In this document: positions 24,887 through 38,227 of the stretch, piece after piece
Position numbering within the stretch: position 1 is the stretch's first letter
How the letters are laid out: each line of letters starts with the position of its first letter
Assembly (NCBI GenBank): GCA_025201805.1
Contig: MU619262.1
Span: 225,068 to 289,067 of the forward strand
Source: Parasitella parasitica NRRL 2501
Taxonomy: Eukaryota; Fungi; Mucoromycota
Direction of reading: 5' to 3'
Length of the DNA: 64,000 nucleotides
Notes under the pieces: generated by a model
Database searches by the model: none
Told to the model about the DNA's origin: nothing
What the model saw: only the letters and a program-made list of their open reading frames with translations
Program-made: the position numbers and the translations under genes

Positions 24887-27800
24887 ATGGCAGACGGTAA
24901 GTGGATGGGCAGTATATCTTATTGGAGACGGTGCATACTAAAGAATCAATTAATGTCGTAGATATTGAAAACGAAATCAAGGCAGCTCAAACGAAACGCA
25001 CTAAAATCACAGACAAAGACATCAGTAAAGCCGTGCTCGATAATGAAAACCACGCCAGCTTGACTGGCCTCTCGTACGACACAGACCTCTATACGACAGA
25101 CAAATTTGCCGGCTACTCTACATCATTGGCTGCGGACGACGAGGAAGATGAGGACGATGAAGTATATCAAGAAACAAAACGCAGATTAAACTCTTACACA
25201 GCATCAAAAGACATTTTGAACGAAGCAAGAGAAGGCTCTGATGCTCATGATCCGTTTGCCGATACAATGCGTGAACGTACAATTGCCGGCAGACAAGATG
25301 AATATCAGCAACGCAGATTCAATCGCATGCTGTCACCTAGCAGAAAAGACGCCTTCAGCCAAAATCAAGTTGATGAGGGAGAATCTAGAACTTATTCAGA
25401 GGTTGCTCGCGAAGCAGAATTAGAGAGAGAAGAAAAGCGAGTTCTAGCTATCATTGCTCAAAAGAAGAAGGAGGAATCCGAGACTGGTGTTAGTGCTCGA
25501 GTGCAACAACAACAGCATGTAGAGGAAACACCAACCTCCCGCAAAAAGAGAAGATGGGACGTAGCCACGCCTATCAGCCAAAACGTGGATGCTACGCCTG
25601 TTGGCAGCGCTAAAAGATCTCGCTGGGACGCGACTCCTGTACGCAGCAACGACCCTGACGCCACGCCTGTTCGTTCCTCCGAGTGGGATGCGGATGCCAC
25701 TCCTCGCGACACAGCCAAAAGATCTCGTTGGGACGCAACTCCTGTTGCTGGCTCTGTGAATGATTTATCAATGGCGACACCTGTTGGCGGTATGGGTATG
25801 ATGACACCTACGCCTGGCCAAATGTCTCAACTGACTGCTGAAGCTACAAATGCGTTGCGTTGGGAGCGTGAATTAGATAGTCGCAATAGGCCTCTTTCTG
25901 ACGAGGAACTGGATGCCATGTTCCCTACTACCGGCTACAAGGTCCTTGAACCTCCAGCAGGCTATGAGCCTATTCGTACACCTGCTCGTAAATTGACAGC
26001 TACTCCCACACCCATGGGAGACAACGGTTTTGTCATGCATGAAGAACAAAGGCAAGTTGTAGCTCTAGATCTTCCTCAAGAGATTCCAGGTGTCGGTGCT
26101 TTGCCATTCTTTAAGGAAGAAGATATGCAACACTTTGGCAAATTGTTGGACGATAAAGATGAAGGAGCCATGTCAATGGATGAACTCAAAGAGCGTAAAA
26201 TCATGCGTCTGCTTTTAAAAATCAAGAATGGCACGCCTCCTATGCGTAAAGGTGCTTTGCGTCATATCACTGACAAGGCTCGTGATTTCGGTCCTGGCCC
26301 GCTATTCAACCAAATCCTGCCATTGCTCATGTCGCCCACGTTGGAAGACCAAGAACGCCATCTTTTGGTCAAGGTCATTGATCGTATTCTGTATAAACTG
26401 GATGATTTAGTCCGCCCCTTTGTTCACAAGATTTTGGTTGTTATTGAACCTCTTTTGATCGACGAGGATTACTATGCTCGCGTAGAAGGCCGTGAAATTA
26501 TCTCTAATCTGTCAAAGGCTGCTGGTCTCCCTACCATGATTACTACTATGCGTCCAGATATTGATCATGCTGATGAATATGTGCGTAATACCACTGCTCG
26601 TGCTTTCTCTGTTGTGGCCTCAGCTCTTGGTATTCCAGCCCTCTTGCCTTTCTTGAAGGCTGTTTGTCGCTCCAAAAAGTCATGGCAAGCTCGCCATACT
26701 GGTATCAAGATTGTGCAGCAAATCGCCATTCTTTTAGGCTGTGCTGTGTTGCCTCATCTCAAAAATTTGGTTGAAGCCATAGGCCATGGCCTTGAGGATG
26801 AACAACAAAAGGTGCGCACCATCACAGCTTTGGCTATCGCTGCTTTAGCTGAAGCTGCTGCTCCTTATGGTATTGAATCGTTTGATTCTGTTCTCAAGCC
26901 TTTGTGGACAGGTATTCGCAAACATCGTGGTAAGGGTCTTGCTGCCTTTTTGAAGGCCATTGGTTACATTATCCCTTTGATGGATGATGAATATGCCAAC
27001 TACTATACAAAAGAAGTGATGGTCATCCTGATTCGAGAGTTTCAATCCCCTGACGAAGAAATGAAAAAGATTGTCTTGAAAGTGGTCAAACAATGCGCTG
27101 CCACGGACGGTGTTATGCCTGCCTATATCAAAGAAGAGATTTTGCCCGAGTTCTTCAAGCATTTCTGGGTACGCCGTATGGCTCTTGATCGTCGTAATTA
27201 TAAGCAAGTAGTCGAAACCACTGTCGAACTTGCCAATAAAGTGGGTGTTGCTGAGATTGCTAGTCGCATCGTCAATGATTTGAAGGATGAGAGCGAACCC
27301 TATCGTAAAATGGTCATGGAAACAATCGAGAAGATTGTGTCCAACCTGGGTGCTGCTGACATTGATCCTCGGTTAGAAGAGCTACTGATTGATGGTATCT
27401 TGTATGCTTTCCAAGAACAAACTGTAGAAGATGTTGTCATGTTGAATGGTTTTGGCACAGTTGTCAATGCACTTGGCATGCGTATCAAACCCTACCTCCA
27501 GCAAATTTGTTACACTATTTTATGGCGTCTTAACAACAAATCCGCCAAGGTGCGTCAACAAGCTGCGGATTTAATTTCACGCATTGCTGTTGTTATGAAA
27601 AGCTGTGGTGAGGAGAGCCTAATGAGCCAGCTTGGTCAAATTCTTTATGAATATTTGGGCGAAGAATATCCAGAGGTTTTGGGTTCCATCTTGGGAGCAC
27701 TTAAATCCATTGTCAATGTTATTGGTATGGCTAGTATGACACCACCCATTAAAGACTTGCTCCCTCGCTTAACACCCATTCTGCGTAATCGTCATGAGAA

Positions 27801-28696
27801 GGTACAAGAGAACTGCATTGATCTGGTGGGCCGTATTGCTGATCGTGGAGCGGAATATGTCTCTGCTCGGGAATGGATGCGTGTTTGTTTCGAACTGCTG
27901 GATCTTTTAAAGGCACACAAAAAGGGTATTCGTCGTGCTTCTGTCAATACCTTTGGTTATATTGCCAAGGCCATTGGCCCTCAAGACGTATTGGCTACAT
28001 TACTCAACAATCTTAAGGTGCAAGAACGTCAAAATCGTGTGTGTACAACAGTTGCTATCGCTATTGTAGCAGAAACTTGTGCTCCCTTTACCGTTTTGCC
28101 TGCTTTAATGAATGAATATAGGGTCCCTGAGCTGAACGTGCAAAATGGTGTCTTGAAATCGCTTTCTTTTATTTTTGAATACGTTGGCGAAATGGGTAAA
28201 GATTATATCAATGCTGTAGCACCGCTCTTGGAAGACGCTTTAATGGATCGTGATCTTGTTCACAGACAGACTGCATGTACCACTATCAAACACATGGCAT
28301 TAGGTGTTGTTGGCCTTGGGTGTGAAGATCCTCTCCGCCATTTACTCAATTACATTTGGCCCAATATCTTTGAAACTAGGTAAGTTTCTTTTTAATTCAT
28401 CCTTTGTTTTTTTTTTTATTTTGTTTTTTAATTGATATCTTTTGTCTAGTCCTCATGTCATCAACGCAGTGATGGAGGCTATTGAAGGTCTTCGCGTGGC
28501 GCTTGGCGCAGCAACAATCCTCCAATACACTGTACAAGGCCTTTTCCACCCGGCAAGAAAAGTCCGTGAGGTTTATTGGAAGATTTATAACACATTATAT
28601 ATTGGTAGTCAAGATGCTTTGGTCCCATTCTATCCAAGGCTAGAGGATGATGAACGAAACAAGTATCGACGTACGGAATTGGATTACGTTCTCTAA
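24887..28696 (+). CDS. SF3B1: U2 snRNP splicing factor SF3B1/Hsh155, 3 exons
   Basis: RWD/TP (ULM) repeats, [15 protein letters not shown] repeats including [13 protein letters not shown] and EQQKVRTIT; introns at 24897-24961 and ~28380-28450. Confidence 0.97.
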
Positions 28697-28923
28697 TCAC
28701 ATCATTCTTTGTTATTCATAACACAAATTATATAATAAAACGCACTACTACATCATTTCAGACAAAGTTTATGTCATTTTTTATTCAGTTCTAAAAACTA
28801 TCAGTCGCCTACTTTAATATCATCTTTTGTATTGCAAACAATATCTATTGCCTGTCTCTGAGTTCTTCTACAATGTCATATGTAGTAGGCATCAATACAC
28901 ACGTTTTCAAATATGATAATACA

Positions 28924-28924
<1 letters not shown>

Positions 28925-28978
<54 letters not shown>
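28925..28978. repeat. (TAA)n microsatellite
   Basis: About 18 tandem TAA units. Confidence 0.95.
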
Positions 28979-28979
<1 letters not shown>

Positions 28980-29399
28980 CCCCTCTTTAGACGTTATGAT
29001 ATCAATAAACCACTAGTAAGGGCAAATCTAGTTGTATAGTAGTAGTGGTTAAATAACAAAATAATGCCAAGTTGCTAAATAGTGTTGAGATCACGATTCA
29101 CGCCCTCAAGTAATAGCAATACATATCCAAACTTGTACCTTGTCTATTGCTAGGCAATTACTTTTATAACAACTACAGCACATAGGACTGATCAACGATA
29201 TGCAAATATACCTCTATGGTAAGAGATCTAAATTAATCTACACTTTGTTTTCCGGATCAAGACAACGAATATTAAATAACGATCCCAATTTTTATGGTTT
29301 AAAATTACATAACTAAAGACAAGCTAACTTGCAGAATTATAATTGTAAATTTTCTCAAATTTACTGCTGCATCTGTATATAATTTATTGTACAAGCATA

Positions 29400-29402
<3 letters not shown>

Positions 29403-29433
<31 letters not shown>
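29403..29433. repeat. (TA)n microsatellite
   Basis: Perfect TA run of about 15 units. Confidence 0.9.
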
Positions 29434-29436
<3 letters not shown>

Positions 29437-29498
29437 TGTATATATATATTATCGCCAGTCAAAAATGTTTTGTTCTGTTGAGTGAAACGGGCATTGTC

Positions 29499-30721
29499 TT
29501 AAGCTTCTTCAAATAATTTTGACAGTGATTCACCAAAGTGTGTACGACGAATAGCTTCTGAAAACAGAGAGGTTACATCAAATACTTTGATCTTTGGGTG
29601 GGTCACATGTTCCGCTTGAGGTACCGAGTTACTAACGATTAGTTCATCAATGACACTTTGATCGATATGATTTACAGCGTCAGCAGAAAGGATGGCATGG
29701 CTCACAAGAGCATATATTTTATGAGCACCCTTCTCTTTTAATAAACGTGCTGCTTTTGTAATTGTATATGAGGTATCGGTAATATCATCGATCAAGATAC
29801 AATTGCGACCACGCACATCTCCAACCAGCATCGACTCTTTCTTCTGAGAGTGGACCTTGGGACGTTCTTTATGAACAAGCGCAAAATCCATACATAACTT
29901 CTCGGCAATTGAAGTTGCTCTACACAATTTCCGTCAAAAATTCAACCCACTATAGAAGTGTACTATACAATTTCGTACCTTTTAGCTCCACCCGCATCAG
30001 GAGATACAATGACAGCTCCGGAATAATCAGGGATGTTTAGGCGGATATAGTTGGTAACTGTGTACAAGCTGGTGAGATTGTCGACAGGACAATCAAAGAA
30101 TCCAGGGTACTGGGCATCGTGAAGATCCATAGTGATGATGTGATCAGCACCTACTCAGAATTCAATACATCTTTATAACCGAGAATAGTTAAAATAGCTA
30201 AAATTACCAGCACAGGTTAAGAGATCTGCAATCAATACGCCAGGACGAGCACGCCACTCTCTGTAAGGAGCATTGTCCTTCTTTTGCTCTTCAACAGAAG
30301 CTTGGCCAAGTTTGCGCAACAATTGGCTGGATACATCATCTACTTTGTTGGGTTGATTAGGCTGATAGGGCGGTGTCTGGGGAGGTAGAAATGTCAGTGG
30401 AGCTCCTGATTGTTTGAAGGGAACATCAGGCTGACGAGAATATGGAAAATAAGGAATGACAGCAGTGATGCGTTTAGCGGAAGCAATTTTACAGCCATTG
30501 ATCATGATAAGCAATTCGATGAAATTGTCATTGACACTACCACAGGCACTTTGAATAATGTAGACATCTTGCTCACGAACGGACTCCTTCATTTCGACGC
30601 TAGTTTCGTTGTTGGAGAACTTGCTGAGACAAGTTTTGCCCGGTGAAATGCCCAAACGATTGCAAACCTTCTCAGTAAAATCAGGATGAGAAGAGCCGCC
30701 AAGTACAACAAGATTTCTCAT
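29499..30721 (-). CDS. PRS5: Ribose-phosphate pyrophosphokinase, Prs5-like with an internal insertion, 3 exons
   Basis: [51 protein letters not shown]; Pro/Gln-rich insertion after YSRQ. Confidence 0.88.
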
Positions 30722-30948
30722 TTTGTTTATATGTTGCAAATGTTTGTGTTTGACAAGAAGAATATCTGATCGAGATGAAGAAAAGCTTTTCTTTGCGTCG
30801 TGACTACAGTGTTTCTCCAAGGACGAATTAAATGATTTATTTGTCTAAAAGGTAGCTAAATTACATTACAGTATCGTATTGGGAATACTGGATACTTGGA
30901 AGATTATTCGTAAAGGAAGATTTTTATTAATCGTTGTAATTTCTAAGT

Positions 30949-32052
30949 TTATGAAATGGAACTACTACAAGTCGAAACAACTGTAGAAAATCCAGTAGTT
31001 TCATTTTTTTGGAGCTTTAATCTACCTTCAGCCAAGTCCTTTACGACTTTCTCAACCTCTTTAAACGAGTCAAAGCCAATATAAGGGATACCATGACGAT
31101 CACAATAGGTTACAAGGTCTCTGCCATTTCTAGCAAACAAAACATCAGCATGCCTGGCAGCAGATATATCTGACACGCCATCACCACAAAATACAAAAAT
31201 AGTTTCATCAGACACACTTGATCGAGCCTTTATTATAGCTAATTTGACAGCTTTAATATACAAACGAGCAGCGCATGCAAGAAAGGGTCAACTTACTTTT
31301 AGACTTGTCGTTACCGTAGGGACTATAAAAGATATGAGTAGATTGTCATCATGCCAAAATATTTTCCTTACGTATCATCAATGTAAAGAATCTCCCATTC
31401 TCTACCTTCAATTCTTCCATTATTTGCCACGATATTGAGCTCATCTGCCTCCTTGCCCATGTACTTGACAAGAACCTTGTAAATCAATGGCCTCATCCCA
31501 CTAAAAAAAATCATAAAGTAAGTGATCTTTGGCAAACTGACAGCTTTGGCTCAGCATTACCTGCTCACAACAGTAACTGGAATAGCATTCTTCTTACAGT
31601 ACTCATAAAATCCAGGAAAGCCTGGGTCAATACTACATTCTATTTATAATATATGCTCATGATTAAATAACCACGATGCTTGACTTTATTGAACTACAAT
31701 TGACTGGAACTTACTGCTTAAATGATCATTCCAAGCCTCTTCCCAGGACAAAGTACAGGAGGCCCACATTTTGTACACAGCATCTCTATTTAAGATTCTA
31801 GTAAAGTGTTTTTTTTAAAAATTTTGTCAAGTTGCTACCTATATGGAGTTTCATGGTCCATAATCTGACGTTCCAATTCTTTCCTAGCTTTACTTCCCAT
31901 GCAACGAGGATCATCAATGATCAAAACACCAGTATCTGCGTGCCGATTCATTTAGTCTTAAGTATCTAAACTCAAAAACTACCTTATGTACCTTCAATAG
32001 ACAATGTGCCATCGAAGTCTGTAAAAACTTGGATATTAACCTTGGATGACAT
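30949..32052 (-). CDS. HAD-superfamily phosphatase (MtnX/Pyp1-like), multi-exon
   Basis: Motif I FTDFDGT, IDPGF, VVSSG, YGNDKS and motif IV CGDGVSDISAA. Confidence 0.88.
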
Positions 32053-33095
32053 TTTATAGCTATGACTGAAAGAGTTGGGAAATATTTTTTTTCTTTCAAC
32101 CCGGAATTGAAAAAACACAAATGAATTGACTGGAGAGTAGTCGATTTTTGAAACATTGAAAGCCTTCGCAAATAGACTAAAAATGTTCAACATGCAAAAA
32201 AGCTATGGTAGCCCCACCCCCCCCCAGGTTGCTGTGAATCCTGCAAGAATCGTCAGGCTTAAGTATATATCGATTATACGTGGTTTGGCAAAGTATTTAA
32301 TACAACACTTTCTTCAGATGTCCTTTTTTTAAAAACACATTGGTTTGATTGCAATGGCTGTTTTGAAAAAGAATAGACGATTACATTTCTAAAATTTTGT
32401 CTTTTGCACAGCACAGAACAGAACAGTATTTTACCCAAGACACAATGAAGTGTGCCTGATGATTAGACATAAAAGTCTTTGATAATGAGGTACAAGTTCA
32501 ATGTATATTCTTGTACAACACTGATGGACCGATTCAAGCAACTGCATTAAAAAAAAAGGGCCAGAAAAAAATTTGTTATAATATGTGTTGATCGAATATG
32601 ATCCAGATTACACCAAAGCTGGTATCAAGCTGTCATTTTAGGCTTCGACTGAACAAAATGTATACTTATAATTGAAAAACGAATATTCTTTAGGTGAAGA
32701 TTACTCTAAATTTTTTGTGAAAAAATTATTTTTTAGGTCTACCATCAAACGCTCTACAGACTTAATTAGATAGCAAGTATTTATTGTTTGGTACTGAATT
32801 GTTTCAACCACAACAACAATAAGCAAGTAGGTAGTTGTATGCTTGGTGAAGGGGCTATAATGGTAGATTGAACAGCGTAACAGATCATAACCAAGAAACC
32901 AATGTTAAAACAACATGAGTTTCGCAAAGGACTTGGTCGCTTATTTTTACAGTGTTTTGTTGCAGAAAATCATCAGATAAGTACCCCCTTCTCATTAATC
33001 AAGCCAATAATATTGTTCGAAGCTCTCTCTTTGAATATTCCCTTTGGCTCATGAGTTCCTCTTCTCCTTTTTCTTTACTTTTCTTTTTCTATAAA

Positions 33096-34856
33096 ATGAT
33101 TGTACGAAACTGCTATTCTGCAATAATAGCTGTGAATATACTCTTATTTCACTTGGGTCTGCTACATGCGTCGATTGATCACCAAATAACAGATTGCAGC
33201 CACCCAAGCAACTACTCTGACTTTACAATCTTATTGATAAACAAAACCATTGTAGTTACTGCTGGAAATTCAGTGAGTTTTTTTTTGTGTGTTCAACTAA
33301 TTGATCCCATCAGCTTTACTGACTTTCAAGCAGAAAAACCTGCAAGTCTGGCAACAGGATATATCAAATGGGTTGAATGTTCACCAAAACTGCTGGACAA
33401 ATATGTTTGATAACAGCGTTGACGAAGTAGCAACAAACACGGCAAAAGGATATCTGCCGTATAAACATGGAATAGGGTTCAGGGTATCAGACAGTTTATT
33501 CGCTGTGCAGGGAGGCGATAATGCATCAACGTCGATGTCAAAGTTGGCCTACTTTGACCTTGCAACTCACTCATGGTCTAGCCGTAAGAACATATAAAAG
33601 ATAGCAGATACAAAGATAACAGGGGTATTAATTTGATCATACAGCGATAACGCAAGGCAGCGAACCGTCGCCAAGAGCTCGCATGTCTGTGTCATTGAAT
33701 GCAACGAGCAGCATTGCTTGGTTTTATGGAGGTCGAACAGAATTAACGGATCAATCAAGTGACTATGTAAATGGACACCGAAATACAAAAATAATGAAAT
33801 ACCAACGATTTCTGTAGTTCAACTCGTTTTATTATTTCGACATTCAAACATCCACCTGGAACTGGCCTGATACCTACTATTCTGGGGGGCATAGACCAGC
33901 AAGATATGGCCACAGTAGCAATTTAATGTGAGATTTGCCAAGCCAAAAGTAAAAAGATGTGAAAAATTAATTGTTTGGTAGATCTGAGCGCCTGTTTATT
34001 ATTGGTGGCAAAACGGCGGTTCATTCTGCTGATTCTAATAGCTGGGTGCAGTCGTCTGGTGATTTCCAGAGCGTATTAATATATGACACTGCTCATCACC
34101 AAGCGATTACCATGGCCACGATTGGAGATATCCCACCGGCTAGATACAGGTAATTGACAAGAATTCTCTTGTGACCCTACAGCTTCTAAACACCACATCA
34201 GCTTTTCTACCGTCAATGGTCTTGATGGAAAATCCATCGTTTTATTTGGCGGTCAGAACGCAACTGATACACAGGGATTTGATGCTACGAATGATGTCTA
34301 CGTACTGGATACGTGCACCTTGAAATGGTCTCGGCCTGTCATTAGCGGCGAACCGCCTGTTGCTCGTGCAGGCCACGAAGCAATTGTTTATGGAGATCAA
34401 TATATGATTGTCGTGATGGGAATACAGAATTACGATAGTCTTGCAGGCCCAATTTACACGGATGAAACTGCTATTTTGGACATGAAATCATGGACTTGGG
34501 TTAGTCAAATACCTGCAACGAGCATAATCACTACGTTGGCTACACCTACTTGTAAATTTACGTTTCCTGTTGTGATACCAAACACTGATGGTGACGATGG
34601 AGATTATAACAATAGTGGCAATGCCACGGTTGTGTCCAATACAAATAGATCACCTACAACGACACAATTGGCCGTTGGGATTACGTTTGGTATCCTTGGG
34701 TTCCTACTATTGTCTACGGGTGCCGTTATATTCATAATGAGAATTAGAAGAGATGTCGATGCCAAGCAGAATCCAAGATGGGTGCCCAGCGTATTCAAGA
34801 GAAAAAACAGAGAGAGATTGTCATCGACATCTGTATCGTCAACAACATCTTCTTAA
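33096..34856 (+). CDS. Kelch-repeat type I membrane protein (hypothetical), multi-exon
   Basis: Signal peptide; kelch motifs FIIGG, PPARY, VLFGG, PPVARAGH; TM segment LAVGITFGILGFLLLSTGAVIFIM followed by RIRR. Confidence 0.8.
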
Positions 34857-35020
34857 TTGTACATACATTACATACCTTGCATTATTTACATAATCCATAG
34901 CCTTGCGCTAAACATAAAGATCACATACTAGCTGTTACACTAAGCAACCAAAAGAAAACCCACCTTTTGTCAGGTTTGCTTGACAACATTAAATCTACTT
35001 ATATAAAGTTAAGCTTTTAG

Positions 35021-36412
35021 ATGATATGTAAAATTTCCCCATTTTCAATGCACTATTCAAACATGTGCGATGCTTCATCGTATGATAAAAACACTGGCTA
35101 TTACCGAGGAGCACCAATCTCGAATGCAGAAGACTCTCGCCAGATGTCTCGGCAGGATTTAGTGGCTACTCCTTGGGATGATGACAATTTCTCGCTGTGT
35201 CTTGATACGTTTCCTTTGTCTCGTTTAGCTAGAACAAAATACAATCAATACCCCTCGACTGCATCACCATTAAGAAAGCATTGGGACTCTTCTTCAAGCT
35301 GTTCATCCGATCCTATGAATGTGAACGATAGGGAAATCACTTATGCTTTAAAAGATACTCCACTGCCAGGTTTAACAGAGACCGAAAAAAAATTGACTTT
35401 TACCAAGAGCAAGAAAAGCAGATCCATAGCTACTCTCGACAGAGTTTCGTCCAAGCAGGATACTGCCGTTGTTGGCGGTGTATTTCCTTACAAAAATAAC
35501 TCCAACTTCTTAGCTCGCGTCAATTCTGAAAAGAACCCAAACAAGGTCATTGCACGGCCAAAGCCTATTCAACGCAGTAATAATAACGGCAGAGTAGAGC
35601 ATATCTCGCCATTGTTTAGCTCACCTACTATTCTCCAAAATGAAAATAATGTATTGAATAAGTCGTCTTCTTTGTCAAGATCACCTTTTACGTACAAATC
35701 GTCAAATTCATCAGTCAAAAGCAAGTTTTCAGGCCATAGCACAATGTCTTTTCCTACTGCTAATGCTGCTGCTCATCGACCGCAGCAAGATCATATTTGC
35801 AGCAATGAAAGTCAATTTTCTGACAGTCAATACTCTTACAGTGGTGAGAGCTGGAAACTAGTGCAGAGAAAATACAGCAGTTCAGCCATCGCTGTGATGC
35901 CTTCTTCACCTCCAATATCTCAATATGGCGATCCACAGTATCAAATAACTGTATCTAGAAGCTGTTCATCTCCGCGACACCAGATGCAGCAAGCCACGTA
36001 TTCATCCAGCAGATCTGCTAGTGTAATATGCTGCGACGCATATTCTAACGGAAAGCATTCTCCTCTGCAATATAGCAACAGTGTTGGCTCTTTGGGTGGC
36101 TTCTACACGCCACAAGGATCTCCTGTACCTTCAATTGCTTCTCGCCATGGCAACGAATCTATTTCTTCTTATCGTTCCCTCCCAGTACTCAGAAATGCTG
36201 ACCATCTTGTGCTTTACTCGGACGATGGATTATCATCCCACTGCGAACCAGCCAGCGCAAAAAACCGAGATTCCACTTACTCTCAAGTATTTGATCCTGC
36301 TTATAACGGAAAAAGAAAAAATACGCATCACAAGAAGGTCTCAGTGAGCATCTTTACAAAATTGGTCAAGAATTTAAAGCAGCATTTTATCAAAACTGCC
36401 AGCAAGGAATGA
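35021..36412 (+). CDS. Ser-rich low-complexity hypothetical protein (start may be 35048)
   Basis: 463-codon uninterrupted ORF in AT-rich DNA; no recognisable domain. Confidence 0.7.
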   Translation: MICKISPFSMHYSNMCDASSYDKNTGYYRGAPISNAEDSRQMSRQDLVATPWDDDNFSLCLDTFPLSRLARTKYNQYPSTASPLRKHWDSSSSCSSDPMNVNDREITYALKDTPLPGLTETEKKLTFTKSKKSRSIATLDRVSSKQDTAVVGGVFPYKNNSNFLARVNSEKNPNKVIARPKPIQRSNNNGRVEHISPLFSSPTILQNENNVLNKSSSLSRSPFTYKSSNSSVKSKFSGHSTMSFPTANAAAHRPQQDHICSNESQFSDSQYSYSGESWKLVQRKYSSSAIAVMPSSPPISQYGDPQYQITVSRSCSSPRHQMQQATYSSSRSASVICCDAYSNGKHSPLQYSNSVGSLGGFYTPQGSPVPSIASRHGNESISSYRSLPVLRNADHLVLYSDDGLSSHCEPASAKNRDSTYSQVFDPAYNGKRKNTHHKKVSVSIFTKLVKNLKQHFIKTASKE

Positions 36413-36549
36413 GTGATATATTTAAGAAACTAATAAAAAATGCAATCATTTCCAGTGCTTTCAAATATATATTTTGTCTGGAATACACGCCTACGTATGC
36501 ATGTCTAGCGTTTCTACTGTTTATTCTGTATAGTTTATATTTTTATCAT

Positions 36550-37965
36550 CTACCACTGAGTGATGTCTACTTCAGCTTCACCAAACAGGCTGGTTTTCGT
36601 AGCCTTGACAACTTGGCTTTGTTCGAGTTCCTCATCGGTAATTGTAATCGAGCTGTAAATTTCAGGCACAACGCGCTTGATAAAGTTCAAGAGATGGCGA
36701 TTAATTTGGTCAAATTCAAGCAAAAATCCATCGTGCCCGTCAGGAGAGTCAATGACAATCATTTCTGTGTCCGCCATACCCTCGGCCAATTCGTACTGCT
36801 CGGATATAGTGAATAGCCCATCAGATTCGATGCCAATGACCAAGGCGGGTTGGTCAATGGAGGCCAAAATATCAAAGTAGTCTCCTCTTCCCCGCGAGAG
36901 GTCGTGCGAGTCCATTTTGCGGGTCAGAGCAATGTAGCAGTTGGCGTCAAAGCGATTGATAAACTTGCTGCCTTGATATCTCAAGTAAGACTGTGCTGAA
37001 AAGACAAAAGGTGTGGGCATCGTTGGGTTGTTGATGGTTCCGATTTTGGCGCTTTCGTTCGCTGTTGACTCTGCATGACTAGTATTGCGATGACCATCGT
37101 TGTGGATCAAACGGTTAGCTTCCCTGGGCGAATTCGGCCTGCCAGTGGGCTTCATGTCAGCTGCTTTGCGGCCGAACCGCGATTCGAACGAATTGCGGGA
37201 TCTGTAGGTAAGCAGGGCAGACATACGTGCAGCCGATAATCCTACATCTGGAGGAGCATTGTCCGTGTAGTATCCGTCTGCGTAATTGGGATCGCTGTAA
37301 ATTGACTGACGTTGAGCCTCGCCCCAACTGATTCCCCAAGCTGAATGACGGCCTGATGTAGCAATAGGGACAATGGTGCGGACGTAATCCTGCCCCATTT
37401 GCGCCCATTCCAGCACTTGCATACCTCCCATTGATCCGCCCACACACACAGCAATTTGCTTGACACCGAGAAGATCCAAGATCAGTCGATGAAGAGCAAC
37501 GTCGTCTCGCACACTCACCAAAGGGAATTCTGGGCCGTAAATATTTCCTGTTTCGGGATTGATGGTCAATGGCGAAGCAGAGCCATAGGGAGAGCCGAGT
37601 ACATTGCAGCAAACGATAAAGAATTTGGTATAGTCAAATGCTCGTCTTGGGCCCATCAATGGACCCCACCTATCTACCTGTGAGTGTCCCACCCCCAAGC
37701 CAAATCACGCAAAATTGACGTACCAATCCTCGACATCAGCGCTGCCGGTAAGAGCATGACAAATGACCATACAATTATCCGCCTTTTCATTCAATTTGCC
37801 CCATGATTTCCAAGCAATTGGAACGCTGGCCAACCTCACGCCTGACTCTAATGTATATTCTGGGATGATGGTGATATTCTGATCAGGTATAAGCTTTACC
37901 AGCTTGTTTCTCGACTCTTCAAACGGTAACTCGTTTAATGTTGCGTATGTTTTGTAATCTTGCAT
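36550..37965 (-). CDS. MET2: Homoserine O-acetyltransferase, 2 exons
   Basis: ICHALTGSADVEDW|WG, GGSMGG nucleophile elbow, FDANCY, GHDGFLLE, C-terminal GEAEVDITQW. Confidence 0.94.
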
Positions 37966-38227
37966 GATAGATGAATATGCGTTTGCAATCTAATAATGCT
38001 CTTTTTTGTTCAAAAGAAGAGATACAATGGAGCCATCTACATCTCGTCCAGTAGAAACCATACTGGCTGCACCCAATCAAATGACTTGACGATGACACAA
38101 AATCGAATCTTATACACATTTATTGTGACGTTACATGACAACACCTCTTTAAAAGGCCATCACCGAGTCAAGAAGAATTCCCTTTTTCTCTCTTGCTTGA
38201 AAAAAAAAAAAAAAAAAAAAAAAAAAC
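37966..38227. promoter_or_regulatory. Shared bidirectional promoter of MET2 and SER3
   Basis: 262 bp between divergent ATGs; CCAAT 38073-38077, ATGACT 38081, TGACGT 38126, GAGTCA 38165-38170, poly-A ~38200-38226. Confidence 0.6.

Noticed and set aside
25540-25810. Repeated TGGGACGC/GCCACGCCT units resembling an array
   Set aside because: They encode the known RWD/ATP (ULM) repeats of SF3B1; not CRISPR or an independent repeat.
36409-36816. 135-aa plus-strand ORF, and similar antisense ORFs over GLN4, SF3B1, NDUFS2, SER3 and the transporter
   Set aside because: They overlap well-supported genes on the opposite strand or in another frame and have no motifs; shadow ORFs.
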